NCBI GenBank assembly: GCA_043786385.1
Contig: JAYVWC010000013.1
Location: 722-64,721, forward strand
Direction of reading: 5' to 3'
Source of the DNA: Spongiibacteraceae bacterium
Lineage (GTDB): Bacteria; Pseudomonadota; Gammaproteobacteria; Pseudomonadales; CAMLJR01
DNA length: 64,000 nt
This document shows positions 41,101 to 49,430 of the stretch, in pieces. The translations under genes were made by a program, and so were the position numbers. The notes under the pieces are model-generated. The model did no database searches. It had not been told where the DNA came from and was given only the letters and a program-made list of their open reading frames with translations. Every line of letters begins with the position of its first letter. Positions within the stretch are counted from its first letter, which is position 1.

Positions 41101-42639
41101 CAACAAGCGCATCTGACACCACAATCGACCGGCGAGCGTCGTGGTGTGCAATTAGATGAATCAGTGCCAGCGCCGTTTGAACAACGCATCGTGCAGCGGC
41201 TCGATATCGATACCAATATCGCCGACGTGATCGATCATACGTTTTATCCGCAGCCGGTCGGTTGGCCGGTGCTTGCCGATCGTCATCCGGTAATTCCGTT
41301 GACGATGGAAATTACATTGCTGCGGCGCGCGATCGAACAGCGCATGCCCGGTTACGTCGTGATCGGTTTTGAAGATGTTAGCGCGTTCAATTGGTTGGTG
41401 GTTTCAAAACCGGTCGATATCGAAATCGTGTTGCAGATGAAAACTTTTCCGCTGCTTGAAGTCGGCATCGAAGGCTATATGCATGCGAAGGCGATCGTCG
41501 CGCGCGATTATCCGCAGGCACCGGTGGCGCATACCGATCAATTGGTTAATTTGCGCGCGGCGGCAATCGATGCCGAAGCGCTGTATCGCGATAATTGGAT
41601 GCTGCACGGCCCTGCGTATCAAGGTGTGATTGCGCTCGGACCGATCGCCGATAACGGCATTCGCGGTCGTCTGCGCGTGTCGCGCGGCGTTGGCGCGCTA
41701 CTCGACAACATGGGCCAGCTCGCAGGCTATTGGGTGATGGAACAGGACGACAATTGCCTCGCGATGCCGATCGGCGTCGAGCAAATTTGTTTTTACGGCC
41801 CGGAGCCGGTGCTCGATCAACAATTCGATTGCGAAATCACCGTGCGCAATATCGATGTGCTCGGTTGTGTCACCGATCAACAGTTGTACACCGGTGATGG
41901 TCGCGTCGAAATCGCGATGCACGGTTGGCAAACGCGCCGTTATCAAATGGATCGCGATTTTTGGGTAGCCAGCAAACAGCTGCAGAAATATATCGTCAGC
42001 GAAAAACTCGGTGCGAATGTCGTACTGTTTAACGATCGCTACGATACCGCGATTTTGCGCGATTATTTGGCGCGTCGCTATTTGAATCAATTGGAATTCG
42101 CGCAGTACGAAGCGCAGGCGCCGCGGCGTCGGCGCAGTTGGTTGAATGGGCGCGTCGCGGTGAAAGATGCGGTGCGTGCGTACTGTTGGGCGCAGCGCGG
42201 CGCATTCGATTTTTTCCCGAAAGAAATGCGTATCGATAACGCCGCCAGCGGTCAACCGCTGTTGACCACGCATATCACGCAGCCGTTCAGCGAGCATCTG
42301 CACATCTCGATTGCGCACAAGGATTTGCTGGCGGTGGCGATGGTCGGCGTGAATCCGGTCGGCGTCGATATCGAAGCGATCGTCGAGCGCGAAGCGAGTT
42401 TTATCGATCTCGCCTTCAGCGCCAGTGAGCAGAAATTACTGCCGACTAACAATCGCAACGAATGGATTGCGCGTTGTTGGGCCGCCAAAGAAGCGCTGGC
42501 GAAAATGCGCGGCACCGGGCTGCAAGGCAAGCCGAAACAATTTCAAATCGATGCGATCGACGCGCAACGCATTCGCGTCGATGGTCAGTGGATCGAAACG
42601 CAGCGTTATCGTGATTACGCAATAGGATGGACAATTTAA
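38161..42639 (+). CDS. Type I PKS: KS-AT-DH fused to a 4'-phosphopantetheinyl transferase
   Basis: GTG start at VEPIAIVGM; DAACASS, EAHGTGT and GHAM (KS); GHSIG and GFHT (AT); HGPAYQ and LLDNMGQ (DH); ISIAH, VGVDIE and WAAKEA (PPTase). Confidence 0.9.
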   Translation: MEPIAIVGMAGIFPGAPDITCYWRNIVAAVDAISDVPAQRWDPLFYDPESSAIDRFYCKRGGFVDDYVDFDPLQFGVMPKAAQSADPDQLLSLRVGVDALTDAGYKTREFARVRTGVIIGRGNYLSAGTLRLEQHVRLVQQTLQTLQDLLPDIGAEQLAQVRTQLENKLDYYGPDVAVGMIPNLVASRLANRLDLQGPAYTVDAACASSLLAIEQACQLLAHGDCDMMLTGGLHFTHDLTFWATFCQLGALSRAQKIKPFAHDADGILAGEGIGIVVLKRLADAERDGDRIYALIQGVGSASDGRGSSLLAPAVGGQLLALQRAWQHSALKPEQIGLVEAHGTGTPAGDQAELETMRQFFGERVFGDHIFDKQASAYQRPVIGSVKSMIGHAMPAAGVAGLIKAALSVYHGVLPPTLHCEQPHALLARTRFRTISKSEPWHAKQRIAAVNAFGFGGINAHIVLSSHRAQPVSFNHASMAAVSVNSISVQSTHVAPPPVVVIAAASQAELLEKLQRAQWDRAPGNGTWRLAIIEPDAKRIELAKKVVANGKVWHGRSQIYFSCEPLLNNTNTPSAKVAFLFPGVDSAFEPRATDVADYFQLPLPEHCESLDPAQSLLKVVQGLSGFNQFTFSVLNRLAVHADGMAGHSIGEWSAMVAGGMLARERAEAALSKLDFDGVSFPDLIFLAAACDLSMVQSALASLADVALSHDNCPHQTIVCGSSASIAQVEARLREQSVLMQRLPIVSGFHTPFFVEHLPHYRDFFLQTELTESSVPVWSATTAQPFPNSVAAKQQLALDHLVQPVRFRQMIENMYVAGYRVFIQLGTGSLSGFVQDTLKGKPHLAINVNSDKHSGLQQLTQLSAALWVEGLQFDYRLLGFADAVENVSSKKTAPSANSIKLRLGVPLIRMEPAMTLHAPRLGVLDNGSLSDDPIQRLFHDTLVDIQQVSDEVAQLYRQRQQRRDQSPHLPQPSQATRETLQSQQAHLTPQSTGERRGVQLDESVPAPFEQRIVQRLDIDTNIADVIDHTFYPQPVGWPVLADRHPVIPLTMEITLLRRAIEQRMPGYVVIGFEDVSAFNWLVVSKPVDIEIVLQMKTFPLLEVGIEGYMHAKAIVARDYPQAPVAHTDQLVNLRAAAIDAEALYRDNWMLHGPAYQGVIALGPIADNGIRGRLRVSRGVGALLDNMGQLAGYWVMEQDDNCLAMPIGVEQICFYGPEPVLDQQFDCEITVRNIDVLGCVTDQQLYTGDGRVEIAMHGWQTRRYQMDRDFWVASKQLQKYIVSEKLGANVVLFNDRYDTAILRDYLARRYLNQLEFAQYEAQAPRRRRSWLNGRVAVKDAVRAYCWAQRGAFDFFPKEMRIDNAASGQPLLTTHITQPFSEHLHISIAHKDLLAVAMVGVNPVGVDIEAIVEREASFIDLAFSASEQKLLPTNNRNEWIARCWAAKEALAKMRGTGLQGKPKQFQIDAIDAQRIRVDGQWIETQRYRDYAIGWTI

Positions 42640-42947
42640 TGTCGGGACATGGTCAACAACAAATACTCAATAAACCGGAAATACTATCGCAAGTGATCGA
42701 CGCGATTCGTAGCGCGATCGCCGAGGATTGGGTGATGGATTTCGATATCGATGCCGATACGCGCTTCAACGACGATTTGGAGTTGGAGAGCATCGAATTT
42801 GTCGCGATCGCCGAAGCGCTACAAAAATTATTCGGCGATCGGGCCGATGTGATCGGTTGGCTGTCGAGCAAAGATATTCACGAACTGATCGGCTTAACCG
42901 TCGGCGATTTAGCCGATTTTATCGAACAAGATAGACAGCGCGGGTAA
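42639..42947 (+). CDS. Stand-alone acyl carrier protein
   Basis: Acidic ~100-aa protein with DTRFNDDLELESIEFV and LTVGDL; ATG overlaps the PKS2 stop (TAATG). Confidence 0.88.
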   Translation: MSGHGQQQILNKPEILSQVIDAIRSAIAEDWVMDFDIDADTRFNDDLELESIEFVAIAEALQKLFGDRADVIGWLSSKDIHELIGLTVGDLADFIEQDRQRG

Positions 42948-42952
42948 AGAGC

Positions 42953-44185
42953 GTGGCAAAAATTTTGATAACTGCGCCGCCGTTGGCGGGTCATTTGAAT
43001 CCCGCGCTCGCGGTTGCCGAGCGGTTACAGGCGCGCGGTCACGAAATCGCGTGGGCAGTGCAGGATGAAGCGATCGGCGATTTGCTGCCAGCGCACGCGC
43101 AACGTTTTGCATTACCGCTCGATGCGGCGCTGCCATCGAAACAAAATGCAGGCGCAGTGCGCGGTTTGGAGAGCGTGCGCTTTTTTTATGAAGATTTCTG
43201 TCTACCGATGGCACGCATCACGCTGCGGCCGTTGGAGCGAATCGCGCGCGCATACGAGCCCGATTTTATGCTGTGCGATCATCAAATGCTGGCCGGTGCG
43301 TTGGTCGCGCGCCAATTGAATATTCCGTGGTTGTCGTCGGTTACCACCACTGCATCGCTGCTGAAAATGACACCGGTAATGGAGGAGTGGCTGGCCTCGC
43401 AGTTGCACGAGCTGCAGCTGCTGTATCGCGCAACGCAGTGCGTGGAGCGCCCCGATATTTCGCCGCACGGCGCGTTGGTATTTTCGTCCGAGCAATTGCT
43501 CGGCGATAAATTCGAGCGCATCGGCGGCACGCATCATTTTGTCGGGCCAGCGTTTTCGGGGCGCGTGCCGAACGCGCCGTTCGATTGGCAATTGCTCGAT
43601 ACCCACAAGCGTAAAATTTTGATTTCGCTTGGCACCGTTAGTCGCGATCGCGGCGTGCGGTTTTATGAAGTGATGATGCAGGCGCTGGCCGATCTTGATG
43701 TGCAGGTGATTATGGTGGCGCCGCCGGAAATGGCCGCGAGTGCGCCGCGCAATTTTATCGTGCGCTCGCGCGTGCCGCAGGTGGAATTGCTGCCGCATCT
43801 CGACGCGGTAATTTGTCACGCCGGCCACAATACCGTCTGCGAAGCACTGTCGTTCGGTTTGCCGTTAATCGTCGCACCGATTCGCGACGATCAGCCGGTG
43901 ATTGCCCGGCAAGTGATCGATGCCGGTGCCGGTTTATTTATGCGCTTCGGCAAAGTGACGCCAGCGACCGCGCGTGCAACGATCGAACAATTGCTCAGCG
44001 ATACGAGTTTCAAAACCAATGCGCAGCAACTCGCGCAATCGTTTCCCGGTCTCGGTGGTGCGGCGCGCGCGGCGGTGTTGATCGAGCAGTTATTGAACGA
44101 GCAACCGATTAAGCAGATGCCAAATAAACAACAGCCCGATACTGCAATGTTAGCCGGGGATCGGGGCCGCCATGTATTTCATTGA
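42953..44185 (+). CDS. GT1/MGT-family glycosyltransferase
   Basis: GHLNP, ISLGT and VPQVELL...ICHAGHNTVCEAL...DDQ (UDP-sugar binding box). Confidence 0.9.
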   Translation: MAKILITAPPLAGHLNPALAVAERLQARGHEIAWAVQDEAIGDLLPAHAQRFALPLDAALPSKQNAGAVRGLESVRFFYEDFCLPMARITLRPLERIARAYEPDFMLCDHQMLAGALVARQLNIPWLSSVTTTASLLKMTPVMEEWLASQLHELQLLYRATQCVERPDISPHGALVFSSEQLLGDKFERIGGTHHFVGPAFSGRVPNAPFDWQLLDTHKRKILISLGTVSRDRGVRFYEVMMQALADLDVQVIMVAPPEMAASAPRNFIVRSRVPQVELLPHLDAVICHAGHNTVCEALSFGLPLIVAPIRDDQPVIARQVIDAGAGLFMRFGKVTPATARATIEQLLSDTSFKTNAQQLAQSFPGLGGAARAAVLIEQLLNEQPIKQMPNKQQPDTAMLAGDRGRHVFH

Positions 44186-44951
44186 ACACGACGGCGTGCG
44201 CTTGCATTGCAGCAGCATGGGCAGCGGGCCGCCGTTGGTGCTGTGTCACGGCTTGGTGTTTGGCAGCATGGCGAGTTGGTATTTTTCGATCGCGACCAAA
44301 TTAGCGCAGCGCTATCGCGTAATTTTGTACGATCAACGCGGCCACGGTAAAAGTACGTTGGCAGCTAACGGTTACGATGTGGCGACGTTGGCCGGCGATC
44401 TGGCTGCGGTGATCGCGCACGAAATAAAAGGCGACGAAGCGGTGGGGCTGATCGGGCACAGCTACGGCGCGTTGGTTGCGTTGCAATATTGTTTAGAACG
44501 ACAGGCGACACCACAAAAAACCCAACGCGTGCGCAGTTTGGTATTGATCGATGCGCCGTTACCAGCCGCGCATTATGTGCTGCCGAGTATCGCCAACGTG
44601 ACGTCGAGTGCTGCGCTAACGGCGCAGTTTCCCGACGCATTGCGCGCACAATTGGCCAGCGGTGGGCGGCGCGCCGAGCAGCTGCAAAAACGCTTGGAAT
44701 TTTTATTATTGCAGAGCAGCTTGCGCGCCGATGTGGCGGCGGCTGGCGATGTAGCCGATGCGCAATTGCGCGATCTCGCGCTGCCGGTGTTGTGCGTTTA
44801 CGGACGCGAGTCCGATTGCACGGCGGCCGGTGTGCGGCTCGCACAACAATTGCCGCAAGCAACATTGGAATGGTTGGATTGCGGCCATTACATTTTGCAA
44901 GAGGCACCGAGCAAATTGCTGAACACGTTAAATAATTTTGCGGATTTATAA
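44172..44951 (+). CDS. Alpha/beta hydrolase (possible thioesterase)
   Basis: LCHGL, YDQRGHGKS, GHSYG nucleophile elbow and C-terminal GH. Confidence 0.85.
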   Translation: MYFIEHDGVRLHCSSMGSGPPLVLCHGLVFGSMASWYFSIATKLAQRYRVILYDQRGHGKSTLAANGYDVATLAGDLAAVIAHEIKGDEAVGLIGHSYGALVALQYCLERQATPQKTQRVRSLVLIDAPLPAAHYVLPSIANVTSSAALTAQFPDALRAQLASGGRRAEQLQKRLEFLLLQSSLRADVAAAGDVADAQLRDLALPVLCVYGRESDCTAAGVRLAQQLPQATLEWLDCGHYILQEAPSKLLNTLNNFADL

Positions 44952-44976
44952 ATAGAGAGATAGATAGAGAGCGGCG

Positions 44977-45804
44977 ATGGATACCAATAAAGATAATATT
45001 CCGGTTTCGGCCCTGTACACCTCGGCGACTTGGCATTGGGGGCAACTGCCATGCACCGAGCTGGTGTTGCCCGACGGCGCCACCGGGCTGTTTAAAGTGG
45101 TGAATGCCTATATGGTGTTTTACCGCTGGTTAAATCCGGAAAAATTTTCGTTGCAACACACGTTGCTGCATCGCCATACCGCGATTAATCATTTGTTAGA
45201 GCAAGCCGCCTGCCCGCAAGTGATCGAAGTCGCCGCCGGGTTTTCGCCACGCGGCAGTATGGTTAGCGAAAATACGGCGGTGCAGTATTACGAAGTCGAT
45301 CTGCCCGATGTGGTTGCGCTGAAGCGACGCCGTTTGAGCGAAACCGAGGCGGGGCGCGTGGTGTTAGCGCGTCCGAATTTTGCGCTGCTGCCGGGCGATA
45401 TTACCCAGATTGATTTCCTTGCCGCATTTCCGGTACGGCGCTCATTTATTATCACCGAAGGGTTGATGATGTATTTCAAGCGCGCCGAGCAATTGAAAAT
45501 TTGGCAAAAAATTGCGCGCTACATCGCGGCCAATGGCGGCGAATACGTGTTCGATTATATTCCGCTCGACGACGAACCGCCGCGCAGCGCGCTCGGCAAT
45601 GCGCTGAGTAATTTTAAAAATTTCTGTTCGTCGAAAGAACCCACGTATGCGTACGATGAACGCACGCGCATGCAGGTCGCCGACGATTTACGCGCCGCGG
45701 GTTTTCGCGAGGTCGATGTGTATAGCAGCGCCGATATTGCGCGCGATTGGCGGCTGCCGCACAGCGACATTGCAACTCGCGTCATTGTTTATCGCTGCCG
45801 GTAG
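44977..45804 (+). CDS. Class I SAM-dependent methyltransferase (LCM/O-methyltransferase-like)
   Basis: SALYT, VIEVAAGFSPRG, EVDLPDVV and ITEGLMMY motifs. Confidence 0.82.
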   Translation: MDTNKDNIPVSALYTSATWHWGQLPCTELVLPDGATGLFKVVNAYMVFYRWLNPEKFSLQHTLLHRHTAINHLLEQAACPQVIEVAAGFSPRGSMVSENTAVQYYEVDLPDVVALKRRRLSETEAGRVVLARPNFALLPGDITQIDFLAAFPVRRSFIITEGLMMYFKRAEQLKIWQKIARYIAANGGEYVFDYIPLDDEPPRSALGNALSNFKNFCSSKEPTYAYDERTRMQVADDLRAAGFREVDVYSSADIARDWRLPHSDIATRVIVYRCR

Positions 45805-45811
45805 CCATCGC

Positions 45812-47050
45812 ATGTCGCAAGCTGCCGCTGGTAATTATCGTCGCCGATTGTCCGGCGTCGAGCGCTATTCATTAGTGATCAACGAACTCTGTCGCTACAA
45901 CGTCGACGGCGTGGTTGAAGGCAATGGCGTGCTGGAAGAAGATGCGGTGCGAACTGCGGTTGCGCTTGCAGCCGCGGCGAATCCCGGCGTGCGCGTGCGG
46001 CTAACAGGCTGGCTGGGTTTTTCGCAGTGGGTCGATAGCGGTATTCCACCCGCGGTGCGTACCGTGTTGGCACCGGCTTGGGATGGTTGCTCCGAACTCG
46101 GCACCGAGTTTATGCAGCAGCGTTTCGATGCGCTCGGCGGCGGCCCGATCGCCGATGTTCTGATCGTGCGCAGCAAAAAAACGCATTTGATTTTTCGCGG
46201 TTTGCACGCGGCAATGGATGGTCGCGGTATGTTGCACTGGCAGCAGGAGGTGTTTCGCGCGCTGCGCGGCGAGCCATTGCAAGGCAGCAATTCGACATTG
46301 ACCGATTTCGATGTTGCGGTGCGCTTTCGCGAACAGCTCGAAGCGACTAAAAAAACAATTAATAAATCGCTGCCACCCGCTATATACATTCCGGTGGTGC
46401 CGCCTAGCGAGCAGCGCGAGCCGGGCTTGGATTATATGTGGCGGATGTTGGTGCTGCCGAAAAATATCAGCAATATTCTTGCGCAAGCGGCGATTTTTCT
46501 TGCGCAGTACGCGCGTCGCGATGGAGCGCGCGCAGACGAAGCAGACGGTGTCGTCGGCTTTACCGTACCGGTCGATTTTCGCGGTTTGCGCGTAGCAGCC
46601 GATAGTACCGGCAATCTCACCGGCTATCTGCGCATTCAAGTATCCGCCACCGACTCCAGCAAAAATATCATGTTGCAAATTGGCCGGCAGATTCGCGCCT
46701 GCGTCGATTGCCAAACGCCGCTGGGTGCGAATGTGTTGCGTTGGATTCCGATTGGGTTGTTGCTGAAATTGTTAAAACGAAAAGCCGAGCCGCTGCTGTA
46801 TGCGGTCAACAAGGATTTGCCGAGCGGTGGTTTGGTATCGATCGGGCAGCTCGATACGATAGATTTTTGCTGCCCCGGTTTTACCGCCGAGCGTAATTTT
46901 GGTATTCCCGGCTCGGTCGGTAAATTGAATGTGGTGATGGTCAATCAACCAACTGCAACGACGGTAATTTTTTCAGCGCCAAAAAATTACAATCGCGAAG
47001 GCCAAATCGATAATTTGGTACGGGATTTTGCGGCGGCATTTTCGGTATGA
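45812..47050 (+). CDS. Stand-alone condensation/CoA-dependent acyltransferase-fold protein 1
   Basis: HAAMDG (HxxxDG) and VPVDFR...TGNLTG motifs; paralogous to 47837-49171. Start set to ATG 45812. Confidence 0.72.
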   Translation: MSQAAAGNYRRRLSGVERYSLVINELCRYNVDGVVEGNGVLEEDAVRTAVALAAAANPGVRVRLTGWLGFSQWVDSGIPPAVRTVLAPAWDGCSELGTEFMQQRFDALGGGPIADVLIVRSKKTHLIFRGLHAAMDGRGMLHWQQEVFRALRGEPLQGSNSTLTDFDVAVRFREQLEATKKTINKSLPPAIYIPVVPPSEQREPGLDYMWRMLVLPKNISNILAQAAIFLAQYARRDGARADEADGVVGFTVPVDFRGLRVAADSTGNLTGYLRIQVSATDSSKNIMLQIGRQIRACVDCQTPLGANVLRWIPIGLLLKLLKRKAEPLLYAVNKDLPSGGLVSIGQLDTIDFCCPGFTAERNFGIPGSVGKLNVVMVNQPTATTVIFSAPKNYNREGQIDNLVRDFAAAFSV

Positions 47051-47844
47051 ACGCGGTCGCGAAACAGAGTAATGAATATCTTTTTCGTGGTGCCAGGAAA
47101 ACACTGCTGCTGATCTTTGTTCTCGTACTGAGTGGTTGCGCGGTATTTTCGTCGAGCAAACCGGTGCTGCCATTGCAGGATGGATTAACTGTCTATCGCA
47201 CCGAGCACTCGCCGGCGCGCACGGTATTATTGGTGCCCGGCTGTGGCGGCATCAATACCAATGGTTCGAGCGAATTTTATTCGCGCGTTGCTCGGCAATT
47301 AAATGCGAACGGCTTTAACGCGATTATTTTGGATTACGTAAAACTGATGGGGCAGAAAAATGCCTGCCTTGGACAAATCAAGTTTGAAGCGGTGCTGGCG
47401 TTGATTAACTCGGCGTTGGCTTACACCGCGCAGCAACCGTTTGTCGATCCGCAGCACATAAGTTTATTGGGTTGGTCGTTGGGCGGCTCCGGCGTGTTGA
47501 CAGTGGCGAGTAAAAGTACGCAGCCGTCGATCAGCGCGGTGGCAGCCTATTATCCCGGCTGTTACGACGGCTTGCAGTTCTCAATGCATCCGACCTTGCT
47601 AATGTTAGGTCTCGCCGACAACGTGGTGAATCCGCAAGACTGCATTGCGCTGGCGCGGCAATTTCCACAGGCCCCGCTGACGATTAAAACGTATCCCGGC
47701 GCACACCACGGCTTCGATGTCGACGAATTACAGCCAGCGCAACAAATGCATTTTTTTTGGAAAACATTTACCGCCGAATATCAGCAGCAGGCTAGCGAGG
47801 ATGCGATGCAGGTGCTGCTCAATTTTTTAAAAGAGAATGGTTAA
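47047..47844 (+). CDS. Dienelactone hydrolase-family alpha/beta hydrolase, probable lipoprotein
   Basis: Lipobox LSG-C; GWSLGG, AYYPGC and YPGAHHGFD motifs. Confidence 0.8.
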   Translation: MNAVAKQSNEYLFRGARKTLLLIFVLVLSGCAVFSSSKPVLPLQDGLTVYRTEHSPARTVLLVPGCGGINTNGSSEFYSRVARQLNANGFNAIILDYVKLMGQKNACLGQIKFEAVLALINSALAYTAQQPFVDPQHISLLGWSLGGSGVLTVASKSTQPSISAVAAYYPGCYDGLQFSMHPTLLMLGLADNVVNPQDCIALARQFPQAPLTIKTYPGAHHGFDVDELQPAQQMHFFWKTFTAEYQQQASEDAMQVLLNFLKENG

Positions 47845-49171
47845 AGTGAACTCCTCCGTAGATGATTTGCACTCGCGTGCTCAGTCGAAAAAATTGCAAT
47901 CGCCGAAAGCGCCGTCGCTGCCCTTGGCGCCACAAACTGATGTGCTGCGTAAACTTAGCACGCCCGAGTATTACCACGCGGCGGTTGGCCGCAGTGCTAA
48001 CACTTTAGAGCAGGCGCGCATCAGTATCATGATGGTCGAAGGCATCAGTCGCATTACACCGCTGCGTTGGGAGACGGCGCTGCGCCGTGTGGCGGCTGCG
48101 AACCCCGGCACGCGCATGCGTTTGCTCGGACAGCGGCAGCGTGCGCGCTGGAGTACCGAAGGCGCGTGCTATCCGCGGCTGCGCTTCGTCGATAATTGCA
48201 GCTGGGATGGTCGCTCGCAGCACGGTGCCGAGTTTATCGATGCCACGCCGCTCGATCTGGAGACCGGGCCGGTAGTCGAATTGATTATCGCCAACGGCGC
48301 CACGACGTTGGTTATTTTGCGTGCGCATCACGCGGTGATGGACGGCATGGGCATGCTGCATTTTTTTCGCGAGCTATTTCGCGCGCTACGCGACGAACCG
48401 TTGCAAGGCTGCAACGCCGCGTTCAGCGATGTCGAATTAATGCGCGAGGTTACGCAGTCGGCGCAACGTACTGAAAAGGAAAGTAGCGAAAATCAAAGCA
48501 GCGATAAGCAAAGCGGCGATAAACTCAAAAAAAATTCGCCGATTCCTCTTACTGGCGGAGCGCAGGGCACCGAGTTCGGCGATGTCTGGCAGCGGCTGAC
48601 ATTGCCGCTGACGCCGCAGCAGAATGTGATGGGGCGCATCGCGGAGCTGGCAGCGCGCTATGCCCGCAATTTTGGCAGCGGCACCGTGCGCTTCGCGGTG
48701 CCGGTCAGCCTGCGTCGGCATCTGCCTGGCCTGTTATCGACGCTGAATTTTACCGGCCTGCTGCATATCGATTTAGAACCCAACGGAAACGCTGAAGATT
48801 TTCGCCGCAAATTGCGCACCGCACTCGATGAGAAACGCGATGCCGCGTATCACCCGATTCTTAATTGGGTGCGCTATCTGCCATTCAGCTGGGTCGATTG
48901 GATCAGTGGCCGACGGCCAAGTAATTATCTACAGCGCAAATTGGTCGAGACGGTGCTGATCACCAATTTCGGCGTGGTCGACCTGCGCGAGCTTGCATGC
49001 ACCGATTTCGATCCCAGCAATTTTTTTAGTCTGCCGATCGCCGGCAATTCGTTTATTTCGCTGTACGCCAGTGGCGATCATCTGAACATCATCGTCGGCA
49101 TGCCGACGGTTTATGCGGTCGGCGGCCGCATGGATCGATTTGTGGAACAGTTGCAGCAAATGCTGGGCTGA
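47837..49171 (+). CDS. Stand-alone condensation/CoA-dependent acyltransferase-fold protein 2
   Basis: Canonical HHAVMDG motif and VPVSLRR; shares AAANPG, WDG and FRALR.EPLQG with protein 1. Confidence 0.78.
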   Translation: MVKVNSSVDDLHSRAQSKKLQSPKAPSLPLAPQTDVLRKLSTPEYYHAAVGRSANTLEQARISIMMVEGISRITPLRWETALRRVAAANPGTRMRLLGQRQRARWSTEGACYPRLRFVDNCSWDGRSQHGAEFIDATPLDLETGPVVELIIANGATTLVILRAHHAVMDGMGMLHFFRELFRALRDEPLQGCNAAFSDVELMREVTQSAQRTEKESSENQSSDKQSGDKLKKNSPIPLTGGAQGTEFGDVWQRLTLPLTPQQNVMGRIAELAARYARNFGSGTVRFAVPVSLRRHLPGLLSTLNFTGLLHIDLEPNGNAEDFRRKLRTALDEKRDAAYHPILNWVRYLPFSWVDWISGRRPSNYLQRKLVETVLITNFGVVDLRELACTDFDPSNFFSLPIAGNSFISLYASGDHLNIIVGMPTVYAVGGRMDRFVEQLQQMLG

Positions 49172-49190
49172 TGTTGCAATGCGAGCGTTC

Positions 49191-49215
49191 AAAAAAAAGC
49201 CCGCACGGGGCGGGC
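49191..49215 (-). terminator. Intrinsic terminator oriented for minus-strand transcription
   Basis: GCCCGC/GCGGGC stem with an A8 tract on the left only (U8 on the minus strand). Confidence 0.75.
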
Positions 49216-49249
49216 ACAAGGGGACTACCTAGGAGAAATCATGAACACG
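49191..49249 (-). ncRNA. Candidate ~58-nt sigmaE-dependent small RNA
   Basis: Lies between a sigmaE-like promoter and an orphan minus-strand terminator; contains an anti-SD/anti-AUG seed, CAUGAUUUCUCCU. Confidence 0.55.
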
Positions 49250-49254
49250 GAGAG

Positions 49255-49281
49255 TTAGTGCGTGGCAACTCGAATTAGTTC
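49255..49281 (-). promoter_or_regulatory. RpoE/AlgU-like promoter
   Basis: GAACTA-16 nt-ACTAA on the minus strand; consensus is GAACTT-N16/17-TCnnA. Confidence 0.5.
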
Positions 49282-49313
49282 AACTTTTTTGTTCGCGGCT
49301 AACGATGCGCCAT

Positions 49314-49412
49314 TTGACAGCCCCGCTTTCGCCATATACTGTATATAACAACTGTATATAACTACAGTATAATTAAGCGCAGTGTAATTAAACGCAATGT
49401 AATTAAATACAG
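49314..49412 (+). promoter_or_regulatory. sigma70 promoter with LexA (SOS) boxes
   Basis: TTGACA(49314)-17-TACTGT(49337); perfect CTGT-N8-ACAG at 49352-49367; one-mismatch boxes at 49339-49354 and 49397-49412; upstream of dinB. Confidence 0.85.
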
Positions 49413-49430
49413 TATTGGGTGGGGTGAGAC

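Noticed and set aside
31234-49219. Many antisense and alternate-frame ORFs across the PKS operon
   Set aside because: Shadow ORFs expected in GC-rich coding DNA; no recognisable motifs.
49241-49258. Plus-strand micro-ORF MNTES with a strong AGGAG RBS
   Set aside because: Only five codons and no plus-strand promoter seen; better explained as the complement of the sRNA seed, though translation is not excluded.
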